From contig OZ220744.1 of the NCBI GenBank assembly GCA_965116925.1, positions 5,984,001 through 6,048,000 of the forward strand: a stretch of DNA of 64,000 bases, written 5' to 3'. Positions within the stretch are counted from its first letter, which is position 1; the number at the start of each line of letters is the position of its first letter. The notes under the pieces are model-generated. The model ran no database searches. It was not told the origin of the DNA and saw nothing but the letters and a program-made list of their open reading frames with translations. A program made the translations under genes and the position numbers. Shown piece after piece: positions 37,919 through 46,873 of this stretch. The DNA comes from Candidatus Poribacteria bacterium. Lineage in GTDB: Bacteria > Poribacteria > WGA-4E > PCPOR2b.

Positions 37919-39727
37919 ATGTCGGACCAGGCACAGGGGATACGCTCGATCCTTGCGACAGATTGTGGCAGCACCACCACGAAAGCCATCTTAATAGAGA
38001 AACGGGGGGACGAATACCATCTTGTGGTTCGTGGGGAGGCGCCGACGACGGTTGAGGCACCGGTGGAGGATGTCACCGCTGGGGTCATCAACGCGGTAAC
38101 GGAGGTCGAGGAGCTCGCTGGACGCAAGCTATTGAAGGACGGGCAGATCATCAAGCCACAGCAGGGAGATAAAGGCACGGATCTGTATATCTCGACGAGT
38201 AGTGCGGGTGGCGGTTTGCAGATGATGGTCGCGGGTGTTGTGCGGAACCTGACCGCTGAGAGTGCGGAACGTGCCGCGTTAGGTGCGGGTGCGATTGTTA
38301 TGGATGTAATCGCATCCAACGACAAGCGACTCCCTCACGAGAAGATTGAACGTATCCGACACCTTCGTCCAGATATGGTGCTTCTTTCCGGCGGCATTGA
38401 TGGTGGGACAACCTCACACGTCGCGGAGTTGGCAGAAATTATTGAGGCAGCAAATCCCAAACCCCGTTTGGGAGTGACTTATGAATTGCCGGTAATCTAT
38501 GCAGGAAACAAAGATGCGAGCGAGGTTGTCGGTGAGCGGCTTGGCGATAAAATGGCGTTAGAGGTGGTTGATAACCTGCGTCCTGTGTTAGAGCGCGAAA
38601 ATCTGATGCCGACCCGTCTGAAGATTCAAGATCAGTTTCTAGAGCATGTCATGGCGCACGCCCCCGGCTACAGAAAATTAATCTCTTGGACCGATGCGCC
38701 GATTATGCCGACGCCCGGTGCTGTCGGCGCGATTATGCAAACAATCGCCGCACAACAGAATATTGAGGTGGTCGGTGTGGACATCGGTGGCGCAACGACG
38801 GATGTGTTCTCTGTCTTCAAAAATCAGGAGGGCGAGGCTATTTTTAACCGCACGGTGAGTGCCAACTTGGGGATGAGCTACAGTATCTCTAACGTCCTTG
38901 CGGAGGCGGGGATGGACAACGTTTTACGGTGGGTGCCCTTTGATATTGATGTTAGTGATCTTGGGAATCGAATCAAGAACAAAATGATACGACCTACGAC
39001 AATTCCACAGGCGTTGGAGGAACTGATTATTGAGGGCGCAATTGCGCGTGAAGCGTTGCGGTTGGCGTTCGATCAGCACAAGCAGCTTGCGGTTGAACTG
39101 CGAGGGGTGCAGCAGCAGCGCACTATCTCCGAAGCGTTCTCTCAATCCGAGACCGGTGCGACACTTGTGGATATGCTCTCGTTGGATCTGATTGTTGGAA
39201 GTGGAGGCGTGCTTTCCCACGCGCCACGCCGGAATCAGGCGATGTTGATGATGATCGACGCATTCCAGCCGGAGGGAGTGACTCACCTCGCTGTTGATAG
39301 CATTTTTATGATGCCTCAGCTTGGTGTGCTCGCTCAGGTCAACGAAGCAGCGGCGACGCAGGTCTTTGAGCGTGATTGTCTCATCCACTTGGGGACCTGC
39401 ATCGCGCCGGTTGGGATTACTAACCCCGGCGATGTAGGTGTCACAATCAGCGGCGATTTGACAGACACCGTACCGTTCGGCGAGTTACGTCTCTATCCGC
39501 TGGGTGTTGAGGAGAAAGCGCGGGTGACAATCCAACCGGAACGTCGTCTCGACATGGGGGCGGGGCGCGGTCAGCCGGTTGAAGCGGAGGTCGAAGGGGG
39601 TGTGGTCGGTTTGGTGGTGGACACACGCGGTCGTCCCCTCGAAGTTTCTAATGCGTCTACTGAGCGTGTTGCCTCCCTCAAGAAATGGTTTGAAGCATTA
39701 GATGTATATCCTGAAAGATTTGTGTGA
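37919..39727 (+). CDS. GlmL/MutL-type glutamate mutase reactivase-like ATPase
   Basis: TDCGSTTTK, SSAGGGL, SGGIDGG, MPTP and DIGGATTDV actin-like ATPase motifs. Confidence 0.8.
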   Translation: MSDQAQGIRSILATDCGSTTTKAILIEKRGDEYHLVVRGEAPTTVEAPVEDVTAGVINAVTEVEELAGRKLLKDGQIIKPQQGDKGTDLYISTSSAGGGLQMMVAGVVRNLTAESAERAALGAGAIVMDVIASNDKRLPHEKIERIRHLRPDMVLLSGGIDGGTTSHVAELAEIIEAANPKPRLGVTYELPVIYAGNKDASEVVGERLGDKMALEVVDNLRPVLERENLMPTRLKIQDQFLEHVMAHAPGYRKLISWTDAPIMPTPGAVGAIMQTIAAQQNIEVVGVDIGGATTDVFSVFKNQEGEAIFNRTVSANLGMSYSISNVLAEAGMDNVLRWVPFDIDVSDLGNRIKNKMIRPTTIPQALEELIIEGAIAREALRLAFDQHKQLAVELRGVQQQRTISEAFSQSETGATLVDMLSLDLIVGSGGVLSHAPRRNQAMLMMIDAFQPEGVTHLAVDSIFMMPQLGVLAQVNEAAATQVFERDCLIHLGTCIAPVGITNPGDVGVTISGDLTDTVPFGELRLYPLGVEEKARVTIQPERRLDMGAGRGQPVEAEVEGGVVGLVVDTRGRPLEVSNASTERVASLKKWFEALDVYPERFV

Positions 39728-39801
39728 AAAGTTAAGTACAAAACGCTAAGAGAAACCGAGCTTTTGCCAAAAACTCGGTTTCTGTTGAGGAGTCTCTTAT
39801 A

Positions 39802-40689
39802 GTGGCACCGAGGCAGATTAATCTTTTCGATCGCGTCATGAAAATCTTGGGGCGGCATTACGCCGAGTCGTTTCTGAAACTCGCTTTTCCTGATACTGCT
39901 TTCCAACTGGTCGGGACACTGGAGAATGTGGAAATTACCCTGCCAGATCGACGCGCTGATTTTCTCCATAGACTTCAGATTGATGGTGAGGAGTATTTGC
40001 TCCACTTTGAATTTCAACTTCAACACCGAACAGATTATCCCCGCAATGTTTTTACTTTCTCTGGCGGACTGACGGACCAACATCAGAAACCAACAATCAC
40101 TATCGTTTTGTATCTGGAGCGGCGGGAGTCAGACCCACCTAGCGAATATGTCGTTCAAATCGGCGAATGGGTCATCCACCGGTTCACCTATCCGATCATA
40201 AAACTGTGGGATTATACAGACCGTATCCGTTCTGGAGAGTTAAGGGAGTTTGCGCCGTTGCTGATTATGTTGGAGCCAGAGAAGACGGAGGCGGTGCTGC
40301 ATCAAGAGAGGGAACTCATTTTACAGGAAAACCACCCACAGAAACGGGCGGATTCATTGGCAACTGCGGTGATGATTGCATCCCGCTATTTTGAACTTGA
40401 ATGGTTATGGGAATTTTTTGGAGAGGAGGTGGAACAGATGCGCGAATCTGGTTTTATCACCGACTGGATTGAGGATGGTATCCAGCAAGGACTGGAGCAA
40501 GCTCTTCAGCAAGAGAAACAGTTGTTCCTCATCCGATTACTTGTTGCCAAATTCGGGGAGCTCCCTCAGTCCGTAACGGATCAAATTCACAAGATGACTA
40601 CAAAGGAAGAACTAGATCAACTGGGGGTACGCCTCTTGACGGCAGAAAGTCTTGAAGAGATGGGGCTAAACGGCGGACAGTCTCGCTGA
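39802..40689 (+). CDS. Rpn/PD-(D/E)XK-like protein with DUF4351-type C-terminal domain
   Basis: RRADFL, LHFEFQ, VLYL and IKLW motifs; C-terminal GIQQGLEQ...KFGELP...LDQLGVRLL. Confidence 0.75.
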   Translation: MAPRQINLFDRVMKILGRHYAESFLKLAFPDTAFQLVGTLENVEITLPDRRADFLHRLQIDGEEYLLHFEFQLQHRTDYPRNVFTFSGGLTDQHQKPTITIVLYLERRESDPPSEYVVQIGEWVIHRFTYPIIKLWDYTDRIRSGELREFAPLLIMLEPEKTEAVLHQERELILQENHPQKRADSLATAVMIASRYFELEWLWEFFGEEVEQMRESGFITDWIEDGIQQGLEQALQQEKQLFLIRLLVAKFGELPQSVTDQIHKMTTKEELDQLGVRLLTAESLEEMGLNGGQSR

Positions 40690-40710
40690 TGGGGAAGGAA
40701 AACAGAGCAG

Positions 40711-41019
40711 GTGGAACAGATGCGTGAAGCTGATTTTATCGCCGATTGGGTTAAGGAAGACATCCCACAAAGATTTCAATTAGGATTTCAGTTAGGAGTC
40801 CAATTGGGATTCCTGTTGGGATTTGAACAAGGCTTCAAGCAAGGGAAGCGGGATCTTCTAATCCAGCAGCTTATGGCAAAGTTTGGGGAGCTCCCTCAAT
40901 CGGTAACGGATCAAATTCAGGGAATGACCACGAATGAAGAGCTGGATCAGCTAGGAATTCGTCTCTTGACAGCAGAAAGCCTTGAGGAAATAGGGTTGAA
41001 TGGCGGAGCGTCTCGTTGA
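40711..41019 (+). CDS. Stand-alone duplicate of the preceding gene's C-terminal (DUF4351-like) module
   Basis: VEQMRE..FI.DW...AKFGELPQSVTDQI..MTT.EELDQLG.RLLTAESLEE.GLNGG, nearly identical to the tail of 39802-40689. Confidence 0.75.
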   Translation: MEQMREADFIADWVKEDIPQRFQLGFQLGVQLGFLLGFEQGFKQGKRDLLIQQLMAKFGELPQSVTDQIQGMTTNEELDQLGIRLLTAESLEEIGLNGGASR

Positions 41020-41177
41020 GAGGAGAGGGATGGATACACTAATCTGGTTTTATCCCTGATTGGATTGAAACTTTTGGAAGGTTTTGCATAAGGTCATAAT
41101 TCCCTTTTTGTGCCCTATCAACGTATGCCATGGATGCGGATTATAAGGCTATGAACAGACAATCAGAATAGGAGAAA

Positions 41178-42011
41178 TTGACGATGCCCATTATGGATGC
41201 GCTGCCGGATATGAAACGAGAACTCAAATTCTTTCCGGTTGAGAATGAAAATCCCCAAAAACTGACAGCGGAACAGATTCGTCAGTTCAACGAAAAGGGT
41301 TATATCTTTCCGTTAGATGTATTTACAGAAGAAGAGATAACAGCAAACCGAGCGTATTTCGATCGGATTATGGGGATAGCAAAGGCAGCCGGTTTGAACA
41401 GCTATTCGATCAACGGTTGGCATCCCACCTGTCGGGGGATTTACGATCTGGCGTTGGACGACCGCATCCTCGATTATGTGCAGGATCTACTCGGTGAGGA
41501 CCTGATCTGCACGATGACCCACTATTTCTGTAAGGAGCCGGGCGATACGAAACAGGTCACTTGGCACCAAGACGCCTCCTACTGGCCCCTGACCCCTAGC
41601 AAGGTGGTAACAGTTTGGTTGGCAATTGATGATGCAGATGAAGAGAATAGCGCGATGAAGGTTATCCCCGGATCTCATCTAGGCGGACAGATTCCCTTTG
41701 AGCACAGCACAGCGGCGGAAAATAATGTTCTTGGTCAGTCGGTACATCAGGCAGAGGATTATGGAGAGGCACCTGTTGCTTTTGAGATGAAGGCGGGGCA
41801 GGTATCGCTACATACCGATCTGTTGCTACACGGGTCGGATCCGAATAACTCGAATCGTCGGCGTTGCGGTCTCACCCTGCGCTATTTTCCACCGGATGTG
41901 CGCGGGCGGGATCCGAGACACGGTTCAGGCATCATCTGTCGTGGAGGCGACAGCGAGGGCTATTGGCAGCACATTCCAAGACCCGAAGGCGACCAGATCC
42001 GGAGGATATAA
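41178..42011 (+). CDS. Phytanoyl-CoA dioxygenase (PhyH) family protein
   Basis: WHQD, VIPGSH and HGS...RR motifs. Confidence 0.9.
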   Translation: MTMPIMDALPDMKRELKFFPVENENPQKLTAEQIRQFNEKGYIFPLDVFTEEEITANRAYFDRIMGIAKAAGLNSYSINGWHPTCRGIYDLALDDRILDYVQDLLGEDLICTMTHYFCKEPGDTKQVTWHQDASYWPLTPSKVVTVWLAIDDADEENSAMKVIPGSHLGGQIPFEHSTAAENNVLGQSVHQAEDYGEAPVAFEMKAGQVSLHTDLLLHGSDPNNSNRRRCGLTLRYFPPDVRGRDPRHGSGIICRGGDSEGYWQHIPRPEGDQIRRI

Positions 42012-42226
42012 GCTTCAATCAACACAGGACCGCTTCTAAAGGATGTTAGTTGTTGCTAGCTGAAATTAACCGCAGAGACGCAGAGTACACAGAGTTTTTA
42101 AGGGATAGGATTTATGTCAGATTGTAGGGAACGCAGATCTGCGTTCCCTACTCATCTTAGAAAGGAACATAGGTAGGAAGATAGGGCTTGACTAGGTCCT
42201 TGACTCAGATAAACAAGGAGAAAGAT

Positions 42227-43048
42227 ATGCCAGTTTTAAGCGCAGCAGATATAGATTTTTGGGAAGAGAACGGCTACGTTGTTGTTCACGACGCGGTGCC
42301 GCCGGAGAATTGTAAGGCAGCCGAGCGTGCCATCTGGGATTTCCTCGAAATGGATACAGACGATCCAGAGACGTGGTATCCAGACCCGCCGCGCCGCGGC
42401 ATCATGGTCGAGATTTATCAGCATCAAGCGTTATGGAATAATCGCCAATATCCTCGAATCCACCAAGCCTTTTCTGAGATTTGGGATACGGAAAAACTAT
42501 GGGTTAGCTTTGATCGCGGCAGCTTGAACCCACCCGAACGGGATGACTATAAGTTTCCGGGCCCCCACCTACATTGGGATATGTCGTTGGATATGCCGGT
42601 TCGACTCAAGGTGCAGGGGGTATTATACCTGACCGATACACCCGGCAATCAAGGAGCATTCACCTGTATACCGGGATTTCACCATAAACTGGAGGATTGG
42701 CTCAACGATCTGCCCAAAGATGCGGATCCGCGGCAGGTTATTAAGCAGAGAGGTGCCGATGCCGTGCCGGTTGCGGGGAAAGCGGGGGATCTGGTCATCT
42801 GGCACAGTGCCCTGCCACACGGGAGCAGCCCGAACAGCGGCGATCGCCCTCGAATCGTGCAGTATATCACCATGTCGCCGGCACCGGAGGACAATGAGGA
42901 AGGGCGTCAGAAACGGATCGCCGGTTGGCAAGAACGGCTGACAGGGCTGGGCAAGGAGGAGAAGAAGAAGGAACACTTCCAGGGCAAGACAGCGGAATTG
43001 ACGCCGCTCGGACGCAAACTTTTGGGACTAGATTCTTGGGAAGAGTGA
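42227..43048 (+). CDS. PhyH family dioxygenase
   Basis: HWD, PGFH and HGSSPN motifs; ATG 42227 after AAGGAG. Confidence 0.9.
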   Translation: MPVLSAADIDFWEENGYVVVHDAVPPENCKAAERAIWDFLEMDTDDPETWYPDPPRRGIMVEIYQHQALWNNRQYPRIHQAFSEIWDTEKLWVSFDRGSLNPPERDDYKFPGPHLHWDMSLDMPVRLKVQGVLYLTDTPGNQGAFTCIPGFHHKLEDWLNDLPKDADPRQVIKQRGADAVPVAGKAGDLVIWHSALPHGSSPNSGDRPRIVQYITMSPAPEDNEEGRQKRIAGWQERLTGLGKEEKKKEHFQGKTAELTPLGRKLLGLDSWEE

Positions 43049-43183
43049 AAGTACGTATATTGGTTCATTAGTTCATTAATAAACCATGAGCCAATCATTT
43101 TTCACGTTTCACGCATCACGTTTCACTTGTAAACCAGCACCATTAGTTATCCTACTGCAAATCATAATTTATGGAGGCTTATA

Positions 43184-44224
43184 ATGTATAAATGTGCATT
43201 TCTGGGTTGTGGTGGACGGGCGCGTGGTCATGCACACGCCTATCAACATATCGAGCGCGGTGAAATTGTCGCACTGTGTGATATGAACGAGGAGTTGTTG
43301 AATAGTTTCGGTGATGAATTTGGGGTCGAGAAACGGTACACGGACATCCATGAAATGCTGGATAGGGAACGTCCCGACCTGCTGCATATCGTGACTGCGC
43401 CGGTGCTGCGGGGATCGAACGAGTTGATCCGCTACCCGCTGATGAATATCGCATCGGAACACGAAGTGCCTGCCGCGATTGTCGAAAAGCCGATTGCGGT
43501 GATGGGGGAGGATTGGCGTCAACTGAGCGAATTATGCAAGAATACCAAGACCAAATTTGCGGTGAACACGCAGCTTAACTTCCATCCGCCAAATCTGAAA
43601 CTAAAGGCTGATGTCGCCGCTGGGGCAATTGGAGACCTCGATTTTATTGATGCCAGTGCGCGTTCAACGCCGATTGATCAGGGGCCCCATGTGCTGCAAC
43701 TGGTCTCCTCGTACATCGACAATTCGCGTCCGGTCAAAGTTTTCGGTCAAGTTGCAGGGGGCGAGCATCTGGATTCTGCTCAACCATCGCCCGACCATGC
43801 GACAGCGTCGGTCACGTATGCCAACGGGGTTCGGGCGTTGGTCACATTTGGCACAAAAGGCTCGCCCGAAATCAGCGATCATGAATCGGTGTTCCAGCAC
43901 AAACGGGTCCGCGTCTTTGGGAAGCGTGGGTTTGTCCATTGGTGGATGTACGGATGGGAGCGCAACACACCGATGGACGGCTATAGTCGTGGGGAACACG
44001 AGTACGGTGAACAGGATGTCTTGGGGCAGGCGGGTCTCACCGAAGCGATGTTTGATTGGCTTGACGATGACGAAAAGGTGCATCCCACCCACTTGGAACA
44101 GTCGCTTGCAGAGTTTAATACGATTTTGGGTATCTATCACAGTGCATTGACGCACGAGCCTGTTGAACTTCCGTTTGACCCGCCCGATGGGTTGATTGAG
44201 TCTCTCAAAACGTTGTTACTGTAA
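43184..44224 (+). CDS. Gfo/Idh/MocA family oxidoreductase
   Basis: LGCGGR and VEKP motifs. Confidence 0.85.
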   Translation: MYKCAFLGCGGRARGHAHAYQHIERGEIVALCDMNEELLNSFGDEFGVEKRYTDIHEMLDRERPDLLHIVTAPVLRGSNELIRYPLMNIASEHEVPAAIVEKPIAVMGEDWRQLSELCKNTKTKFAVNTQLNFHPPNLKLKADVAAGAIGDLDFIDASARSTPIDQGPHVLQLVSSYIDNSRPVKVFGQVAGGEHLDSAQPSPDHATASVTYANGVRALVTFGTKGSPEISDHESVFQHKRVRVFGKRGFVHWWMYGWERNTPMDGYSRGEHEYGEQDVLGQAGLTEAMFDWLDDDEKVHPTHLEQSLAEFNTILGIYHSALTHEPVELPFDPPDGLIESLKTLLL

Positions 44225-44284
44225 AGTCAACTACTTCCCTTGGACAGTAGGGGTAGGTCTTGTACCTACCCGTAGGTAATGATT

Positions 44285-44385
44285 TAGGACTTGTACAGTT
44301 GGTTCATAAGTCCCCCTGATAAGGGGGATTTAGGGGGTTAAAAATAGAAAATCTCGCGCCGCGTGTTAAATTTGCGTAAGTCCTG
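44285..44385. mobile_element. MITE with TAGGACTT...AAGTCCTG ends and 5-bp target duplication
   Basis: TGATT at 44280-44284 and 44386-44390; internal TCCCCCTGATAAGGGGGA hairpin; a partial copy at about 60515-60575. Confidence 0.7.
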
Positions 44386-44461
44386 TGATTGTAAGAGGTT
44401 TGTCGTAGGGAATAACGGTCGTTATTCCCTACAGATTTTTGCCTTGAAGGCATAAAGCATA

Positions 44462-44674
44462 ATGACACTTGAATATCCATTTATTACAATCGTATTGCCA
44501 GAGGCAGAAGGCGGCGGATATTTGATTGAATATCCTGATTTACCGGGTTGTATGTCCGATGGAGAGACAATCCAAGAGGCGATAGAGAACGGCAGGGATG
44601 CGGTACGATGTTGGATAGAGACAGCAAGGGTACATGGGGATGAAATTCCCGCACTAGGATCATCAAGTACATGA
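44462..44674 (+). CDS. hicB: HicB-family antitoxin with no adjacent hicA
   Basis: GGYLIEYPDLPGCMSDGETIQEAIEN motif. Confidence 0.85.
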   Translation: MTLEYPFITIVLPEAEGGGYLIEYPDLPGCMSDGETIQEAIENGRDAVRCWIETARVHGDEIPALGSSST

Positions 44675-45105
44675 GGGGTGTTCATAATTATTGCCCCGAT
44701 AAAATCGGGATTCACATCAATCTGAATCCGGTGCCTGCATCCCAATTTTATCGGGGAGATTCTAGATTGAAGAATTTGTAGAGTTGTCAAGCGTGAAACA
44801 TGAAACAGGCATTTAGCCCCAGAGGGGCGACATGTTTATAGCCGGACGATAAGACCCTTCTACCAAGCCCCAAAGGGGCGACATGTGCCATTTGTCTGAA
44901 TCTGATTAAACCGATAGTGCGGATTGCACGGATTATTGGCTAAATCACAGCGAAGCCGCATTCGAGCGTGTGTGCATTGACCTGCTCCTGACGCACCGAC
45001 GTATGGAAAGGTATTTATGAGCACCCCTCAAGTAAATTATCACTTGCTATTGTTGCGAATTTGTGTATAAGCTGAAACTGTATTAACAGAAATAGGAGGT
45101 TTGGA

Positions 45106-45933
45106 ATGGCGTATAGTAACGTTCCTATTGGAACATCTAACCCCGGTTGCATTGTCATCTTGATTGATCAATCTTGGTCAATGAGCGAAGATTGGGGAAC
45201 CGGAACGAAGTCAGAGCGAGCGTCCCTTGCTGTCAATCGTATCCTTGAGGAACTCGTTATCGCTGGTCGAGCCGGAGATACGATAAAAGATCGGTGTCAC
45301 GTCTCTGTTATTGGCTACGGTGAACGAGTGGAGCCAATCGTTGACGGTATGATATCAGAGGTTGCCTCATCAGTCATTGAATTCAAGAAAATTAAAAAGT
45401 CTATCCCTGACGGGGCGGGTGGGATTGTTGAGGTTGAGGTAGAAATGCCCGTCTGGGTGCAGCCAACGGCGAACAATGGCACCCCAATGCACGAGGCGTT
45501 TGAACGCGCTGCCGAAATTGTGCAACGCTGGTGCGACGATAGACCTGATGGTTTTCCACCAACTGTTATCAACATCACAGATGGTGCCGCCACTCAGCCT
45601 GATTTGACAATAGCTGCTGCAAGAAAAGTCATGAATCTCCGCACGACAGATGGCAACGTTCTGGTCTTCAACATTCACATTGCTTACAATACACACAAAG
45701 TTATTTTCCCAAACAGCACTGACCAATTGGTGAGTGATACCTTGGCAGAATTTCTCTTCAGTCTATCTAGTGTTTTACCAGAACCTTTGCGCGAAATGGC
45801 AAAAGAAGTGGGACTTCCGGCGGATTCCGATGCTCGATGTTTTAGTTATAATGCGGATGAAGTAACGATGATTAAGATCTTGGAGTTTGGTTCTTTGGGT
45901 GTAACAGGGGGAATACTTCCAGTTTCTGTTTGA
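45106..45933 (+). CDS. vWA-domain protein (TerY-like)
   Basis: MIDAS DQSWS, GTPM and NITDG motifs; first gene of a vWA/PP2C/kinase triad. Confidence 0.85.
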   Translation: MAYSNVPIGTSNPGCIVILIDQSWSMSEDWGTGTKSERASLAVNRILEELVIAGRAGDTIKDRCHVSVIGYGERVEPIVDGMISEVASSVIEFKKIKKSIPDGAGGIVEVEVEMPVWVQPTANNGTPMHEAFERAAEIVQRWCDDRPDGFPPTVINITDGAATQPDLTIAAARKVMNLRTTDGNVLVFNIHIAYNTHKVIFPNSTDQLVSDTLAEFLFSLSSVLPEPLREMAKEVGLPADSDARCFSYNADEVTMIKILEFGSLGVTGGILPVSV

Positions 45934-45937
45934 AGAT

Positions 45938-46846
45938 ATGATTAGATTAACAGCGAGCTCCTTCATTATCCATAAAAAAGCGGAAAGCCCAGATGATTGT
46001 CAGGACGCATGTGCCCAAAATGATGAGAAAGGATGCTATGCCATCGCAGATGGCGCGACTCGCTCCTTTTTTCCAAAGGAGTGGGCAACCCTACTGGTAG
46101 AGCACTTCTGCGAAAGTGCCGATTTGTCTTCAGCGAAAACAGATTGGCGAGACTGGATAGTTCCCATCCAACAAAAATGGTATGATCAGATAGAAGAAAA
46201 GGTAAACGAACGAAACCTGTTCTATCTTACAAATTCGTTCAACGCTCAAGAATCCGCCGTTTCTACTTTTATTGGCATCGAATTCAGTAAAGATAGCGAT
46301 GCGTGGGAGGCTATGATTGTAGGTGATAGTTGTCTCTTTCATAAGAGCGATTCTGAGTTTAAAAGCTACCTGATAGAGAATTCAGCGGACTTTACAAGTC
46401 GTCCCGAAGTTTTCGGTAGTTTTAACAAGGACAACCACTTTGAGCCGAAATTTATCGGCGGTGACACCAAACCCGGCGATACGTTTATTTTGGCAACGGA
46501 TGCGTTAGCGAAATGGATTCTTGAACATAAGGAAATTGAGAAATTAGATGCAGCACTTGATAGACTCAAAGCGGTGAAGACGAAAGAACAATTCTACCAA
46601 TTTGTCCATGAAGCGCGTCATGACGATGTCACCCGCCTTATTAATGACGACGTAACGCTCATGATAATTTCGGTTGAAAAGGCTCAAGAACAGTTGAATG
46701 ATCAAGAGACTGAACAACGTCCATCAGTTGAAGATACCGATCCCCCACTGAATTTGTTGCCAATTCTTTTGTTGACAATGGTTACGGTGTTCTTTGGATT
46801 TGCTGCCTTTTGCTATATATTACTCTATTTTTTTTATCGGGACTAG
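45938..46846 (+). CDS. PP2C-like phosphatase with C-terminal TM
   Basis: CQDA, AIADGA, VGDS, LATDAL and DDVT motifs. Confidence 0.85.
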   Translation: MIRLTASSFIIHKKAESPDDCQDACAQNDEKGCYAIADGATRSFFPKEWATLLVEHFCESADLSSAKTDWRDWIVPIQQKWYDQIEEKVNERNLFYLTNSFNAQESAVSTFIGIEFSKDSDAWEAMIVGDSCLFHKSDSEFKSYLIENSADFTSRPEVFGSFNKDNHFEPKFIGGDTKPGDTFILATDALAKWILEHKEIEKLDAALDRLKAVKTKEQFYQFVHEARHDDVTRLINDDVTLMIISVEKAQEQLNDQETEQRPSVEDTDPPLNLLPILLLTMVTVFFGFAAFCYILLYFFYRD

Positions 46847-46873
46847 CAGAGTACCTAACTTGGAGAGCGAATC

